Source of the DNA: PVC group bacterium
GTDB lineage: Bacteria > Auribacterota > Erginobacteria > Erginobacterales > Erginobacteraceae
Assembly (NCBI GenBank): GCA_043804695.1
Contig: JAZDIV010000117.1
Span: 1-24,608 of the forward strand
Reading direction: 5' to 3'
DNA length: 24,608 nucleotides
Positions 8,786-18,700 of the stretch are shown piece after piece. The notes beneath the pieces were generated by a model that was not told the DNA's origin, searched no databases, and saw only the letters and a program-made list of their open reading frames with translations. The position numbers were made by a program, and so were the translations under genes. Position 1 is the first letter of the stretch. Each line of letters opens with the position of its first letter.

Positions 8786-10669
8786 TTACCTGAGGAACCT
8801 CCCCATCCCTTCCAGGGCCGGGAGCAGATACCGGTCCTTTTCTCTCCGGATCAGGTCCCTGTCCGTCACCGGCGCATAATCGTTGTCACGGATATCCGAT
8901 TCCAGCATGTTGTACGCCTCGGTGGAGAACCGCATCCGGAGTTCCGGGGTCATCAGGCAGCAGTCGTCCCAGCCCGCCAGGAGCAGGCACCGTTCTGCCG
9001 GCAGTTCGAAGAGGTTCTCTCCCAGAGTGTAGAGCGCGGGGTCGTTGGGGTCGCCCAGGATGCCGAGGATGGTGCCCGGGACATCGAGGTGGCTGCTCCT
9101 CGCGGTCAGAACCCGCGGCCCCTCGAAACCGGGGGCCCGGAAAACCAGGGGGACCCGGACCTGGTAATCATCGTAGGCGGAATTATGGCCGTAGTATCCC
9201 TCCTCCCAGAACTCCTGGCCGTGATCGCCGGTGATCACGATCACCGTGTTCTCCAGATAGCCCCCCTCCTCCAAAGCCGTCAGGATCCGGCCCAGATTAT
9301 AGTCGGCGTAGTGAATGGAGTTCCGGTAACGGTTGAAGATTTCCCCCCGGTTTTCCCGCAGATCGGTCTCCAGGAAGCTGATCTCCCCGCTGCAGGGTTC
9401 GAATTTTCTGAACCCGTCCGGAAAGTGATAGGTGGCGTGGGGAGAGTCGAGGAAGAGAAAACAGAAAAAAGGCTTTCCGGGAGGAACTCCTGCGAGCCAT
9501 TCCAGGAACCTTCGCACCAGGATTTCATCCCGGTCGGCCGAATCCTCCCCGGGGAGCCGGTCTTCGATCTCGATATCCAGATCGGCAAAGGCGGTCCGGT
9601 CGAACTCCGGGAAGGAGAGGGAGGTGCTCGACATCACCTTGAAGAGATATCCGTTGTGAAGCAGCTGCTTGATCAGAACCGGCCCCTGGCGGTGATTGAG
9701 CATCGGCTGCCAGTAGGTTCCATAGAGCCCGTAAAATAAAGCGAATCCGCCGAAGCGGGAGGTGGGACCGCCGGAGTAGTGGCTGAGACCCGTGATCGCC
9801 TTCTCGCTGAAGGCGGTCAGGTTGGGCATGATCTCCGGGTCCAGCATGTCGAAACGGAGGCTCTCCACCAGGATGATCACCACGTTATAGGGCCGGGGGA
9901 GCGGGCCGTAGCGGAAGGCGGGGCCGGGATAGGCCAGCCGGGAGGCGGCGGGGATGATGGGCGCCGCTTCCCCGAAATGCCCTCCGAGCAGCCGCTTGAA
10001 AGTGAACGGGCGGTAGAAGGGCAGGATCTTCTGATAGCGGGTGATCGGGGTGTAGCCGTAATAATCGCTGATCCCGAAAGACAGTTTCTCCACCAGGGAG
10101 AGGAGGATGACCAGACCGGCGGAGATCAGGATCAGCCGGGGACGGGAGACTCTCCAGAGCCGGCCCTTTCGGCGGAGGCGGCGGAAGATGAGGGTGAAAA
10201 TCAGGGACTCCGCCGTGATCAGGACAATCGCGGCCAGCCCGGCCAAAACCCGGTCACGGGCCGAGAAACGCACCGAGTCCCAGTAGCCGGGGGTGGTCAT
10301 GGCGTTGAGAACAATCCCGCTCAGGTGGAACTTGAAATGGGTGTACACCCGGACATCGACAAAAATGAAGACCTGGGCCAGGCTGAAGAGAATAACGGAA
10401 AGAATCCTGATCAGCCACCCCGCCCGCAGCAACAGATAAAGAGCGCTCAAAACCCCGGCCAGGATCAGGGCGATCAGCAGGAAATGAGCGAAGAACGCGG
10501 CGTACCGGAAAACGGCTTCCGCCCGGCTTGATGGGTCAAAGGAGAAATAGGGCCGGCCGGTGATAAAAAACAGGAGGGAGTTCACGGCCCCGAAGAGGAC
10601 GATCGTCCGGTATACAAGCCCCCGGGGGGGAGTCCCCTTGCCGGCCGTAGTTATCATAGTGCCTGCCAT
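8786..10669 (-). CDS. YejM/PbgA-like membrane protein with periplasmic sulfatase-fold domain
   Basis: About five N-terminal TM helices with D..VY..FKFHL; NVVIILVESLR, HYSGG..SRFG.F.LFYGL, DSPH..Y, TGDHGQEF.E...YGH. Start uncertain (10696, 10669 or 10657). Confidence 0.8.
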   Translation of the reverse strand: MAGTMITTAGKGTPPRGLVYRTIVLFGAVNSLLFFITGRPYFSFDPSSRAEAVFRYAAFFAHFLLIALILAGVLSALYLLLRAGWLIRILSVILFSLAQVFIFVDVRVYTHFKFHLSGIVLNAMTTPGYWDSVRFSARDRVLAGLAAIVLITAESLIFTLIFRRLRRKGRLWRVSRPRLILISAGLVILLSLVEKLSFGISDYYGYTPITRYQKILPFYRPFTFKRLLGGHFGEAAPIIPAASRLAYPGPAFRYGPLPRPYNVVIILVESLRFDMLDPEIMPNLTAFSEKAITGLSHYSGGPTSRFGGFALFYGLYGTYWQPMLNHRQGPVLIKQLLHNGYLFKVMSSTSLSFPEFDRTAFADLDIEIEDRLPGEDSADRDEILVRRFLEWLAGVPPGKPFFCFLFLDSPHATYHFPDGFRKFEPCSGEISFLETDLRENRGEIFNRYRNSIHYADYNLGRILTALEEGGYLENTVIVITGDHGQEFWEEGYYGHNSAYDDYQVRVPLVFRAPGFEGPRVLTARSSHLDVPGTILGILGDPNDPALYTLGENLFELPAERCLLLAGWDDCCLMTPELRMRFSTEAYNMLESDIRDNDYAPVTDRDLIRREKDRYLLPALEGMGRFLR

Positions 10670-10706
10670 TTGTAAATTAGCTCGCTGCGCTCGCAAATTT
10701 TTATTG

Positions 10707-11123
10707 GACCCCCGACGCCTGCGTCGGGGGTCTGTTGGTTGATTAAAATATTTTCACCGAGGCGACATGATAAAAAAGCCTTATAACCTCAGCCACTATT
10801 TACTCCATGAATGGTAAAGCCCTCCGGGGGCGTGACCCCTGCCGGCTTGGCCGGCAGGTAAATCAGTTCAGATGCTATAACCCATCCCGCCCCAGAAGAT
10901 CCCCGTGGCTTTATGCCACGGGTGAATGAGTTAACAGCTACCTTCGGACATAGATGTTGCAGCCATTGAACTTTCTCCCCTGCCGCGTAAAGCGGCAGGG
11001 GCCGTTTTTATGTTTGGTATCCTGCGTTAGCTTATAAACTTCCGCTCCGGTGGGATGAACCCACCGGGGGCGGTTGTTGTTTTATTGTCGCTGGTTAGCC
11101 TTTGAACTTCCGCTCCGGTGGGA
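10707..11123. repeat. Cluster of GC-rich hairpins (REP or IS200/IS605-end-like) plus a 19-bp direct repeat
   Basis: Stems at 10707-10732, 10838-10858, 10902-10922, 10977-11001, 11047-11067; AACTTCCGCTCCGGTGGGA at 11037-11055 and 11105-11123. Confidence 0.7.
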
Positions 11124-11180
11124 CACCCTGCAAATCGGCTTTGTGTTCTATCCATATTTTTCGGGGCATCCTGATGTTTA

Positions 11181-12023
11181 TTATCGGGGCCAAGCCCGAT
11201 CATCGGGGTCTCGTCGGGGTTCATCGGTGTTCCCGCCCGTGTCCGGCCGGCGGTCTGACCCCGGCCCGTTCCATCCCTTGCCCTCCGTCTGCCCCAGTTC
11301 CCAGAGCCGGGCGTACTTCTCGGCCACATAGCCGGTGGAAAGAACGGCGCTGATCAGCCCGGGGGCGCCGTCGCGGAACCCCCCTCGCAGGATGTAGTTT
11401 TTCAGGAAATTGAAACCGGGATGAAGAAACATCTTCAGCGCGGTCCCCCGCCGTCCCTCCCGGAAATATTTTCGAGCGGTACCGGCGGCGTAACTGCTTG
11501 ATTTAGCAACGAACTCGTCGATCGACTGGTGCGGGTGGTGGATCAGCCGGGCCTTCAGGAAGCCGTGACTGCCCCGGGGGACCACATCGGAATGAGGCGC
11601 GTCGGCCAGGAACCGATACCTGTCCTTCCGGAAGAGGATCGCCACCGTGTCCGTCTTCCACGCCGCGTGTTTCATCTCCCTCCCGAAGAGATAATTTCTC
11701 CGGTAGACCCGGTAGTTGTCGAACCGGGGGCACTGCAGCTCCCGGAGAATCTCGTCTTGCAGTTCCCCCGGGATGATTTCATCCGAGTCGATGGCCACGA
11801 TCCAGGGATGGGAGGTCCGATCGATCGCCCAGTTCTTCTGATTCCCGGGGAAGGTATACGGGTGTTGGTAGCAGGCATTCGCAAAACGGCGGGCGATCTC
11901 CGCGGTGCCGTCGGTGCTGAAGGAATCCACCGCGACCACCTCATCGGCAAAGCGCAGGCTGCGCAGGCAGGGGCCGATCTCGGTTTCCCGGTTGTAACAG
12001 ACAACGATGGCGCTAACTTTCAA
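11181..12023 (-). CDS. Glycosyltransferase family 2 (WaaE/KdtX-like)
   Basis: SAIVVCYNRE, VVAVDSFSTDGT, QKNWAI, IDSDE, LRGGFRDG..GL; TTG start. Confidence 0.88.
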   Translation of the reverse strand: MKVSAIVVCYNRETEIGPCLRSLRFADEVVAVDSFSTDGTAEIARRFANACYQHPYTFPGNQKNWAIDRTSHPWIVAIDSDEIIPGELQDEILRELQCPRFDNYRVYRRNYLFGREMKHAAWKTDTVAILFRKDRYRFLADAPHSDVVPRGSHGFLKARLIHHPHQSIDEFVAKSSSYAAGTARKYFREGRRGTALKMFLHPGFNFLKNYILRGGFRDGAPGLISAVLSTGYVAEKYARLWELGQTEGKGWNGPGSDRRPDTGGNTDEPRRDPDDRAWPR

Positions 12024-12053
12024 TTTTTACTCCGTAAAAATTGTTGTTGCTTC

Positions 12054-12116
12054 CTGTTTCGGGATGCCGGTACTCTCATTTTGAGGAAAAATGAGAGTAC
12101 CGGCATCCCGAAACAG
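12054..12116. repeat. Perfect 29-bp inverted repeat with 5-nt loop
   Basis: CTGTTTCGGGATGCCGGTACTCTCATTTT-GAGGA-AAAATGAGAGTACCGGCATCCCGAAACAG. Confidence 0.9.
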
Positions 12117-12324
12117 TCGCAAAAACAACCGGATAACAATCTTTTGTTTTCGCTATACGATTCTATGGGCTTGCCTTTTCGGACTGAGTATATGAACCCG
12201 AACTGATGTTCGGATTGGCATCGATCTGCTTGCTAATTGAAAAAATGACATTCACCACATTAGCGCCACAGGCGCCAATGTATACCAGATTTCGTTAAAA
12301 CTCAAGTACTGATAAAATATCCCT

Positions 12325-14016
12325 ATGCGAACGAAGAGAGATCGCGACGCCGGGGGGGGGCGCGAATATAATAATAAGTATATTCCTCCCCTTGAGATAC
12401 GGATTTTACCCAGCGGGGATCCCTGGTCGAGGTGGCTGCCGCGGCTGACGCTTGCTTTCGTGGTTTTCGGGCTCATCGTGCGTCTGGTCCGTTATCTGGT
12501 CTGCTACCCGATCTGGCCGGATGAGGCCTTCCTGGCCGCTAACTTCCTGAACGGGGGGTACGGGGATCTTCTGGGAACGCTCCGGTATCACCAGATATCA
12601 CCCCTCCTTTTCCTCTGGGCGGAGATGTTCACGGTCAGACTCCTGGGGTTTTCCGAGTACACCCTGCGGCTCTTTCCCCTCCTCTGCGGCCTGGGCAGCG
12701 TCCTCGTCTTCTGCCGCCTGGGTCGTCGGCTGTTCCGGGGGGAAGCGCTCCTGCTGGCGATGGCCTTTTTTGCGGCAGCGTACTACCCGATCCGGCACGG
12801 GGCCGAAATCAAGCCCTACGCGACGGACCTGGCGGTCTCTGTGCTTCTGCTGGCGCTCTTTGTCGAATGGTGGCGAAAACCCGGAAAACCGCGGCGGCTC
12901 TGGTTTCTGGCCCTGGCGGTCCCCTTCGCGGTCGGGCTCTCATTTCCGGCCGTCTTTGTCGCCGGCGGAATCAGCATTGCCCTGCTGGCGGCGGCCGCGA
13001 AGACACGGAAGACGAAGCTTCCGGCCCCTTTTATCGCGTACAATCTTCTTCTGCTGGGCGCCTTCCTGCTCACCTACCGGGTCTCGACCGGTCCCCAGTA
13101 CCGCGCCGAGGCCTGGCTGAGCGGCCCCCACCCGGAGACCGGGAGCTTCAACCAGGACTCCGCCTGGGTAAGAACCTTCCCCCCTTTCAGGGAGCCCGCC
13201 CGGCTGCCCGGCTGGCTCCTGGCAACCCATACCGGGATGATGTTCGCCTATCCCAACGGCGGCTTTAACGGCGGCTCCACGCTCACCTTCGTCTTCTTCG
13301 CGGCCGGGGCGGGCATTCTCTATTCCCGGAGAAGAAGAATCGTGCTGCTGGCCTTTCTCGCGCCCTTCCTGCTGACGTTCATCGCCGCCGCTCTTCATAA
13401 ATATCCGTATGGCCACAATGCCCGGTTCAACCTCTACCTGGCCCCGATCATCTGTCTCCTGGCCGGGCTGGGAGGAACGAAACTCATCTCCCTGATCCCG
13501 AAAGTAAAAACCCGGACCCTGATCTTCAAACTTCTTATTCTCCTGATGGTTCTGCTGGGGCTGGGGTCCATCGCGCAGGATCTGCTCCACCCCTATAAAA
13601 AAATCGAGGACCGGCGGAGCCGGGAGTTCGCCCGCTGGTTCTGGACCCATCAAGCAGAGGACGCGGAGCTGGTCTGCCTCAAGACCGATCTGGGATTGGA
13701 CTTCTTCCCCCGCCTCTTCGAATGGGGCCATTCGGCGCGCTATCTCTGCAATCAGCGGATCTACTCACCCGCCCACCGGGAGGGCCGGAGAGGTTTTTCT
13801 CCGGACGCGGTCAGCGGGGAGCACCCCCTCCGGTGCGTCGTCTTCAGCGTTCCGGAATGTTATGAGCCCTACGCCCGGCGCGATGAAAACAGGTGGCAGG
13901 AATGGCTGGCTTCGATGCAGGGCCGTTATCGTCTGACCGGCCATGAAAAATTCGAGGTCAACGCCGGCGTGGAGAGCCACCACGAGTGCTACGAGGTCTA
14001 TGAGTTCATCCCTTGA
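12325..14016 (+). CDS. GT-C fold polytopic membrane glycosyltransferase (PMT/ArnT-like)
   Basis: First loop IWPDEA, SPLLF, SEYTLRLFPLLCG, EIKPYATD, many TM helices and a C-terminal soluble domain; exact start uncertain. Confidence 0.8.
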   Translation: MRTKRDRDAGGGREYNNKYIPPLEIRILPSGDPWSRWLPRLTLAFVVFGLIVRLVRYLVCYPIWPDEAFLAANFLNGGYGDLLGTLRYHQISPLLFLWAEMFTVRLLGFSEYTLRLFPLLCGLGSVLVFCRLGRRLFRGEALLLAMAFFAAAYYPIRHGAEIKPYATDLAVSVLLLALFVEWWRKPGKPRRLWFLALAVPFAVGLSFPAVFVAGGISIALLAAAAKTRKTKLPAPFIAYNLLLLGAFLLTYRVSTGPQYRAEAWLSGPHPETGSFNQDSAWVRTFPPFREPARLPGWLLATHTGMMFAYPNGGFNGGSTLTFVFFAAGAGILYSRRRRIVLLAFLAPFLLTFIAAALHKYPYGHNARFNLYLAPIICLLAGLGGTKLISLIPKVKTRTLIFKLLILLMVLLGLGSIAQDLLHPYKKIEDRRSREFARWFWTHQAEDAELVCLKTDLGLDFFPRLFEWGHSARYLCNQRIYSPAHREGRRGFSPDAVSGEHPLRCVVFSVPECYEPYARRDENRWQEWLASMQGRYRLTGHEKFEVNAGVESHHECYEVYEFIP

Positions 14017-14052
14017 TTTTTCCGGGCGAAGCCCGGAAAAATCAAGGGATGA
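14006..14052. terminator. Perfect 22-bp inverted repeat overlapping the GT-C stop codon
   Basis: TCATCCCTTGATTTTTCCGGGC-GAA-GCCCGGAAAAATCAAGGGATGA. Confidence 0.6.
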
Positions 14053-14138
14053 TGATGACCCGATCACCTCGCTATCTGAATAATTCGGGTTAAACAGTTG
14101 CCTGGGAGGATTGTCTTTCCCGCGGGGGAATTTGCCTC

Positions 14139-14168
14139 TTGACCACTGCCGCCGGCAATCTTTACAAT
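14139..14168 (+). promoter_or_regulatory. Candidate sigma70 promoter for pdp and the downstream cluster
   Basis: TTGACC-18 nt-TACAAT; an additional TATAAT at 14180-14185; AGGAGG RBS follows. Confidence 0.5.
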
Positions 14169-14203
14169 ATGCCCTCTTCTATAATAGTCCCCAAGGAGGC
14201 AGC

Positions 14204-15544
14204 ATGACACCGTACGAAATAATCATGAAGAAAAGGGACGGCAAGGCCCTTTCCCCGGAAGAAATTATTTTTTTCATTGATGAATACACAAAAGGAGATA
14301 TCCCCGACTATCAGATGGCGGCCTGGATGATGGCGGTCTTTATCCGGGGGATGTCCCCGGAGGAATCAGCGGCCCTCACCCGGGCGATGCTCCATTCCGG
14401 GGGCACGATCGACCTCTCCTCGATCGGGAAAACTACCGTTGATAAGCACAGCACCGGCGGGGTCGGCGACAAGGTGAGCCTGGTCCTGGCTCCCCTGGTC
14501 GCGTCCCTGGGGATCCCGGTTCCGATGATGAGCGGGCGCGGGCTGGGCCACACCGGAGGGACACTGGACAAGCTGGAGGCGATCCCCGGCTTCCGGATCA
14601 GTCTCTCCGAGGAAGAGTTCATCCGGCAGGTCAAGGACGTCGGCGTCGCCATCATCGGGCAGACCCGCTCCCTGGCCCCGGCCGACAAGAAGATGTACGC
14701 CCTGCGGGACGTCACCGCCACCGTGGACAGCATCCCCCTGATCGCCGGCTCGATCATGAGCAAAAAGCTGGCCGCCGGTCCGGACGCTTTCGTCTTCGAC
14801 GTAAAAACCGGGCGGGGCGCCTTCATGAGCACGCTTTCGATGGCTGAGGAGATGGCCCGCACCCTGGTCGAGATCGCGGTTCTCTCCGGGCGGCAGGCGA
14901 CCGCGCTGATCACCGACATGAACCAGCCGCTCGGCTATTACGCCGGGAACGCCCTGGAGATAGTGGAGACCATCGCCTGCCTGAAGGGAGAAGGTCCCGG
15001 GGACCTGATGACGGTGGTGATGGAGATCGCCGGCATGATGATTATGCTGGGGGGAAAGGCCCCCACCGTCGAAGAGGGGAAACGGCTGGCCCGGGCGGCC
15101 CTCGAGGCAGGGAAAGGGCTGGCCAAGTTCAAGGAGATGGTGGCCGCCCAGGGCGGAGACACGGCCTATGTCGACAACCCCGGCCTCTTTCCTGAGGCCG
15201 CCGGAAAAATCCCGGTCATCGCCGCCCGGGGCGGCTTCGTCCACGCCATCGACACCCTGGAGATGGGGATGATCTGCGTGGCCCTGGGCGCGGGACGGGA
15301 GAAGGCCGATGATGGGATCGACATGTCCGCGGGGATCATCTTCGCCCGCAAAATCGGGGACCGGGTCGAGAAGGGCGACACCCTCCTGACCCTTTTTACC
15401 AACAAAGAGACCGGCCGGAAAGCGATCGCGGACCGCGCCCTCCAGGCGGTGGAGATCAAAGATTCTCCTTGCCAGCCCCCCCCGATAATCTATAAAGTAG
15501 TCGATAAAGATGGTATTAAAAATTTCCCCCGGGGGAATTTTTAA
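14204..15544 (+). CDS. pdp: Pyrimidine-nucleoside (thymidine) phosphorylase
   Basis: KKRDG, PDYQ, DKHSTGGVGDK, SGRGLGHTGGTLDKLE, RDVTATV, SIMSKK, KTGRGAFM, LGAGR; AGGAGG RBS before ATG 14204. Confidence 0.95.
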   Translation: MTPYEIIMKKRDGKALSPEEIIFFIDEYTKGDIPDYQMAAWMMAVFIRGMSPEESAALTRAMLHSGGTIDLSSIGKTTVDKHSTGGVGDKVSLVLAPLVASLGIPVPMMSGRGLGHTGGTLDKLEAIPGFRISLSEEEFIRQVKDVGVAIIGQTRSLAPADKKMYALRDVTATVDSIPLIAGSIMSKKLAAGPDAFVFDVKTGRGAFMSTLSMAEEMARTLVEIAVLSGRQATALITDMNQPLGYYAGNALEIVETIACLKGEGPGDLMTVVMEIAGMMIMLGGKAPTVEEGKRLARAALEAGKGLAKFKEMVAAQGGDTAYVDNPGLFPEAAGKIPVIAARGGFVHAIDTLEMGMICVALGAGREKADDGIDMSAGIIFARKIGDRVEKGDTLLTLFTNKETGRKAIADRALQAVEIKDSPCQPPPIIYKVVDKDGIKNFPRGNF

Positions 15545-15556
15545 AAGGAGTCCGCC

Positions 15557-15700
15557 ATGGGAAGCGCCAAGACCCTTTTTTACCTGCTGGTGGCCGCCGC
15601 TCTCATCGGCGCGGTGGTTCTGATCTTCAACAAGAATTACCGCCGGGACTACAACCTGGTTTCCAACCGGGATTTTTATTCCAGCCTGGCCCGACATTAA
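15557..15700 (+). CDS. 47-aa single-TM small protein (absent from the ORF track)
   Basis: AAGGAG RBS; MGSAKTLFYLLVAAALIGAVVLIFNKNYRRDYNLVSNRDFYSSLARH*; fills the pdp-comEC gap; GC-rich third positions. Confidence 0.7.
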   Translation: MGSAKTLFYLLVAAALIGAVVLIFNKNYRRDYNLVSNRDFYSSLARH

Positions 15701-15730
15701 TAATCCAGGCGAACGATCCGGAGAGTATTC

Positions 15731-18700
15731 ATGCAAACCTACATCGTATCTTTTGCCGCCGTTCTCATTCTCGGCATTTTCATGCGATTGATTCATCCGG
15801 AATCTTCCGAGCTGTCCACCCCGCCCCTGGTCGCCGCCGGCTTTCTGCTCGCCGGCGCGGTTATCTCCTTCATCTACCGTTCCCGGGTCATGGCTTTTCT
15901 CCTTCTCTGTGCCGCCATCTGCATTTTTATGCTGGCTTTGCCGATCACAACCGGGCTGAACATGTACCTGATGGGGATCTTCGCGGCACTCTTCCTGATT
16001 TCAATCGTTTTCGGATTCATCAAGATCAGGGCGCTTCCGTTCTGGATCCTGAGCGCGCTGGTCCTGGGATACGGCCTGACCTGCCTTCACCTTGACCGGA
16101 CCTCACCCTCCCACGTTATCTACTGGGGGGGCGACGATAACAACACCCAGAGCCTGGTCTACGGGATCATCGTCAAGGAACCGGAAGTCAGGCCGGAGAA
16201 GGGGGACACCCGCCTGACCATCGAGTCTTCCATCGTGGCCAAGATCGACAAAAACCCAAAGGGCCTCAGCATCATCGAACAGGCGATCGGCGAGATGAAC
16301 GGCCTCCAGCGGGAGTGGGAGACCGAGGAAGAAGCTCTCCTCACCCTCCTCCAGGTCCGCGACCGCCTGGCCGACGACCCGGAGGCGAACCCGGAAGAAA
16401 TCATCCGGGAGGAGTTCTCCTGCGGCGACTACATTCCCTCGAAGGAGGATATCGAGACCATCCAGATGTCGGCGGAAGAACTGGGCCCCCCCGGACCCGA
16501 AAAGGGATGGATCACCCGGATCGACACCGGCTGGATCCTGGTCATCGTCTACGATAGAGATCTCAACCGGGACAAGATCTATCCCGCCGTCTCCGACTGG
16601 CGGGCATACGGGGACACGGTCAGGATCATCGCCCCCCTCCAGTCCCCTCCCCCGGCGGAAAATCCCGGCGGCTTCGACTACCGCTCCTACCTGGAGTCGG
16701 TCAACACCTTCGCCACAATGCAGATCAAGGGGAAAGAAAACTGGACCACCAAGCAGCTCGATACCATCGAGATCATCAAGCCGTCTACCGGCAACTTCTT
16801 CATCAACTGGTGCATGGGCATCAAATATGAACTTTTGGCCGTCATCCGCCAGACCACCCCCTTCCCGGAGTCGGGTTTCCTCTCCGGCATCTTCGTCGGC
16901 CTGCGGCAGGGCGTCCCCGACAAGATCGTCAAGGATTCCCAGGCGGCCGGTACCGCCCACGTCTTCGCCGTCTCCGGCCTGCACGTGACCATCATCGCCG
17001 GGCTCCTCCTCCTCATCTTCAACCAGACCCCGATCCCGAAATCCGTCTGGGCGCCGATCGCGGTGCTCTTCCTGCTGATCTTCACGGTCATCACCGGGGC
17101 CCGCCCGTCAACGCTGCGGGCCGCCACCATGAACAGCTTCGTGCTGATCTTCTTCACCTATTTCGGCAAGAACATCCAGAAATCCCTGATCATGTCGATC
17201 TGCTTCGCGGCCATCGTCATCATCTGTTTCCTCCCGGCCGGATACGGCGGTCCCCTGATCCTTCCCTCGGCCTCGTTCCTGATGTCTTTCTCCGCCGTCC
17301 TTTTCCTGGGACTCCTCAGCGGGCCGGTTGAGGACTTCTTCAACTTTAAGCTCAATAACCTCCACAGCCTGGTCACCTTCGCGGCGGTAGCCATCCTGGC
17401 CGGGCTGCTTTTCATGAACCTGGGCAACCCCTGGGGGATACTGAAGGCGAAGCTCTTCTGGGGGTTTTTAATCGCCATCCCGGTCTCTTTCCTGATCCAG
17501 CAGGTGATCCCCTTCCGCCCCCGCTTCAGCAAGATCCCGGGAAGGTGGCTGCGGACCTTCATCGCCGCCCAGGTGGCCATCCAGTGCAGCATCGTTCCGC
17601 TCTCGATGGTGATCTTCCACCGGATGTCGCTGGCCGCCCCCTTCGCCAACTTCATCGCCATCCCCCTGATCGGGATCATCCTCCCGCTCGGGATGCTGGC
17701 CACCCTGATCGGATTCATCCCCCTGATCGGCATGCCGCTCGCCCTCCTGATCACGGCCGCCAACTGGCTGGGGATGCACTTCTTTATCTGGATGGATAAC
17801 TTCTTTGCCCGAACCTTCCCCTACCCCCAGGTGCCCAAACCGGGGCCGATCCCGCTGGTTATCTTCTACCTGGTCGTCTTTTTCTTCATCTACCGGGAAA
17901 AGATCATCCTCAGCCTGAAGATCGCCTTCATCCGGGTGAAGAACTCCCTGCCTGACTCCGCCTGCCGGATCAGGGTTTACGGCGCCCTGGCCGCCCTTCT
18001 GATCGCGATCGCGGCCACGGCGACGGGGTTCATCTCCTCCCGCACTCCCGAGCTCAAGGTGATCTTCCTGTCGATGGGATGGAAGGACGGGATGTGCGCC
18101 CTGATCGAGGCTCCCAACGGAGACACCATTCTCATCGACGGGGGGGCGGAAGGTAGAGATTTCTACAAGAAAAGGTATTCGTACTGGAACCAGGGGCAGC
18201 GGACCCTGGAGGAGGTGCTTCTCTCCGAGAAGGTCGTCGCTTTCGACGCGGTCGTCAATTCCAGCCCTGACGCCCGTTTGCTGGGAGGCCTGAATTACAT
18301 CGTCGGATCGGATGATTATTATATCAAGCGGCTCTACGTCTCCCTCCCTCCCTCCGTCTTCGGGCCGAAGGACATCAACCTGAACCGGTTCGCCATCGCC
18401 CTCGCCTCCGGCTATCAGGGCGATGCCGGGCATTATTACCGGCTGCTGCTTCTGAACCAGTTCAAGCCGGAGGATGCGCTGCATTTCATGACCTTCTTCC
18501 GGAAGATCCCCGATGACGAGATAACCGCCGCCCTCCAGACCCTTCCCCGGGAGCCGAACCCGAAATACGACCCCATGACGATTACCGGAGAGGCGATCCA
18601 GATTCTGAAGGAGAAGGAGGCGGAGGGGCACGAGCAGCTGATCGAGTCCATCATCTCCACCGAGGGGTGGCTCCATCCGGACGAAGATTTCACCCGGGAG

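Noticed and set aside
8591..10531. Long plus-strand ORFs (382 and 250 aa)
   Set aside because: Antisense shadows of the yejM-like gene, typical of high-GC codon bias
10830..11125. CRISPR array, given the ~70-nt periodicity
   Set aside because: Units share shape but not sequence, only two share 19 bp, and there are no cas genes in the window
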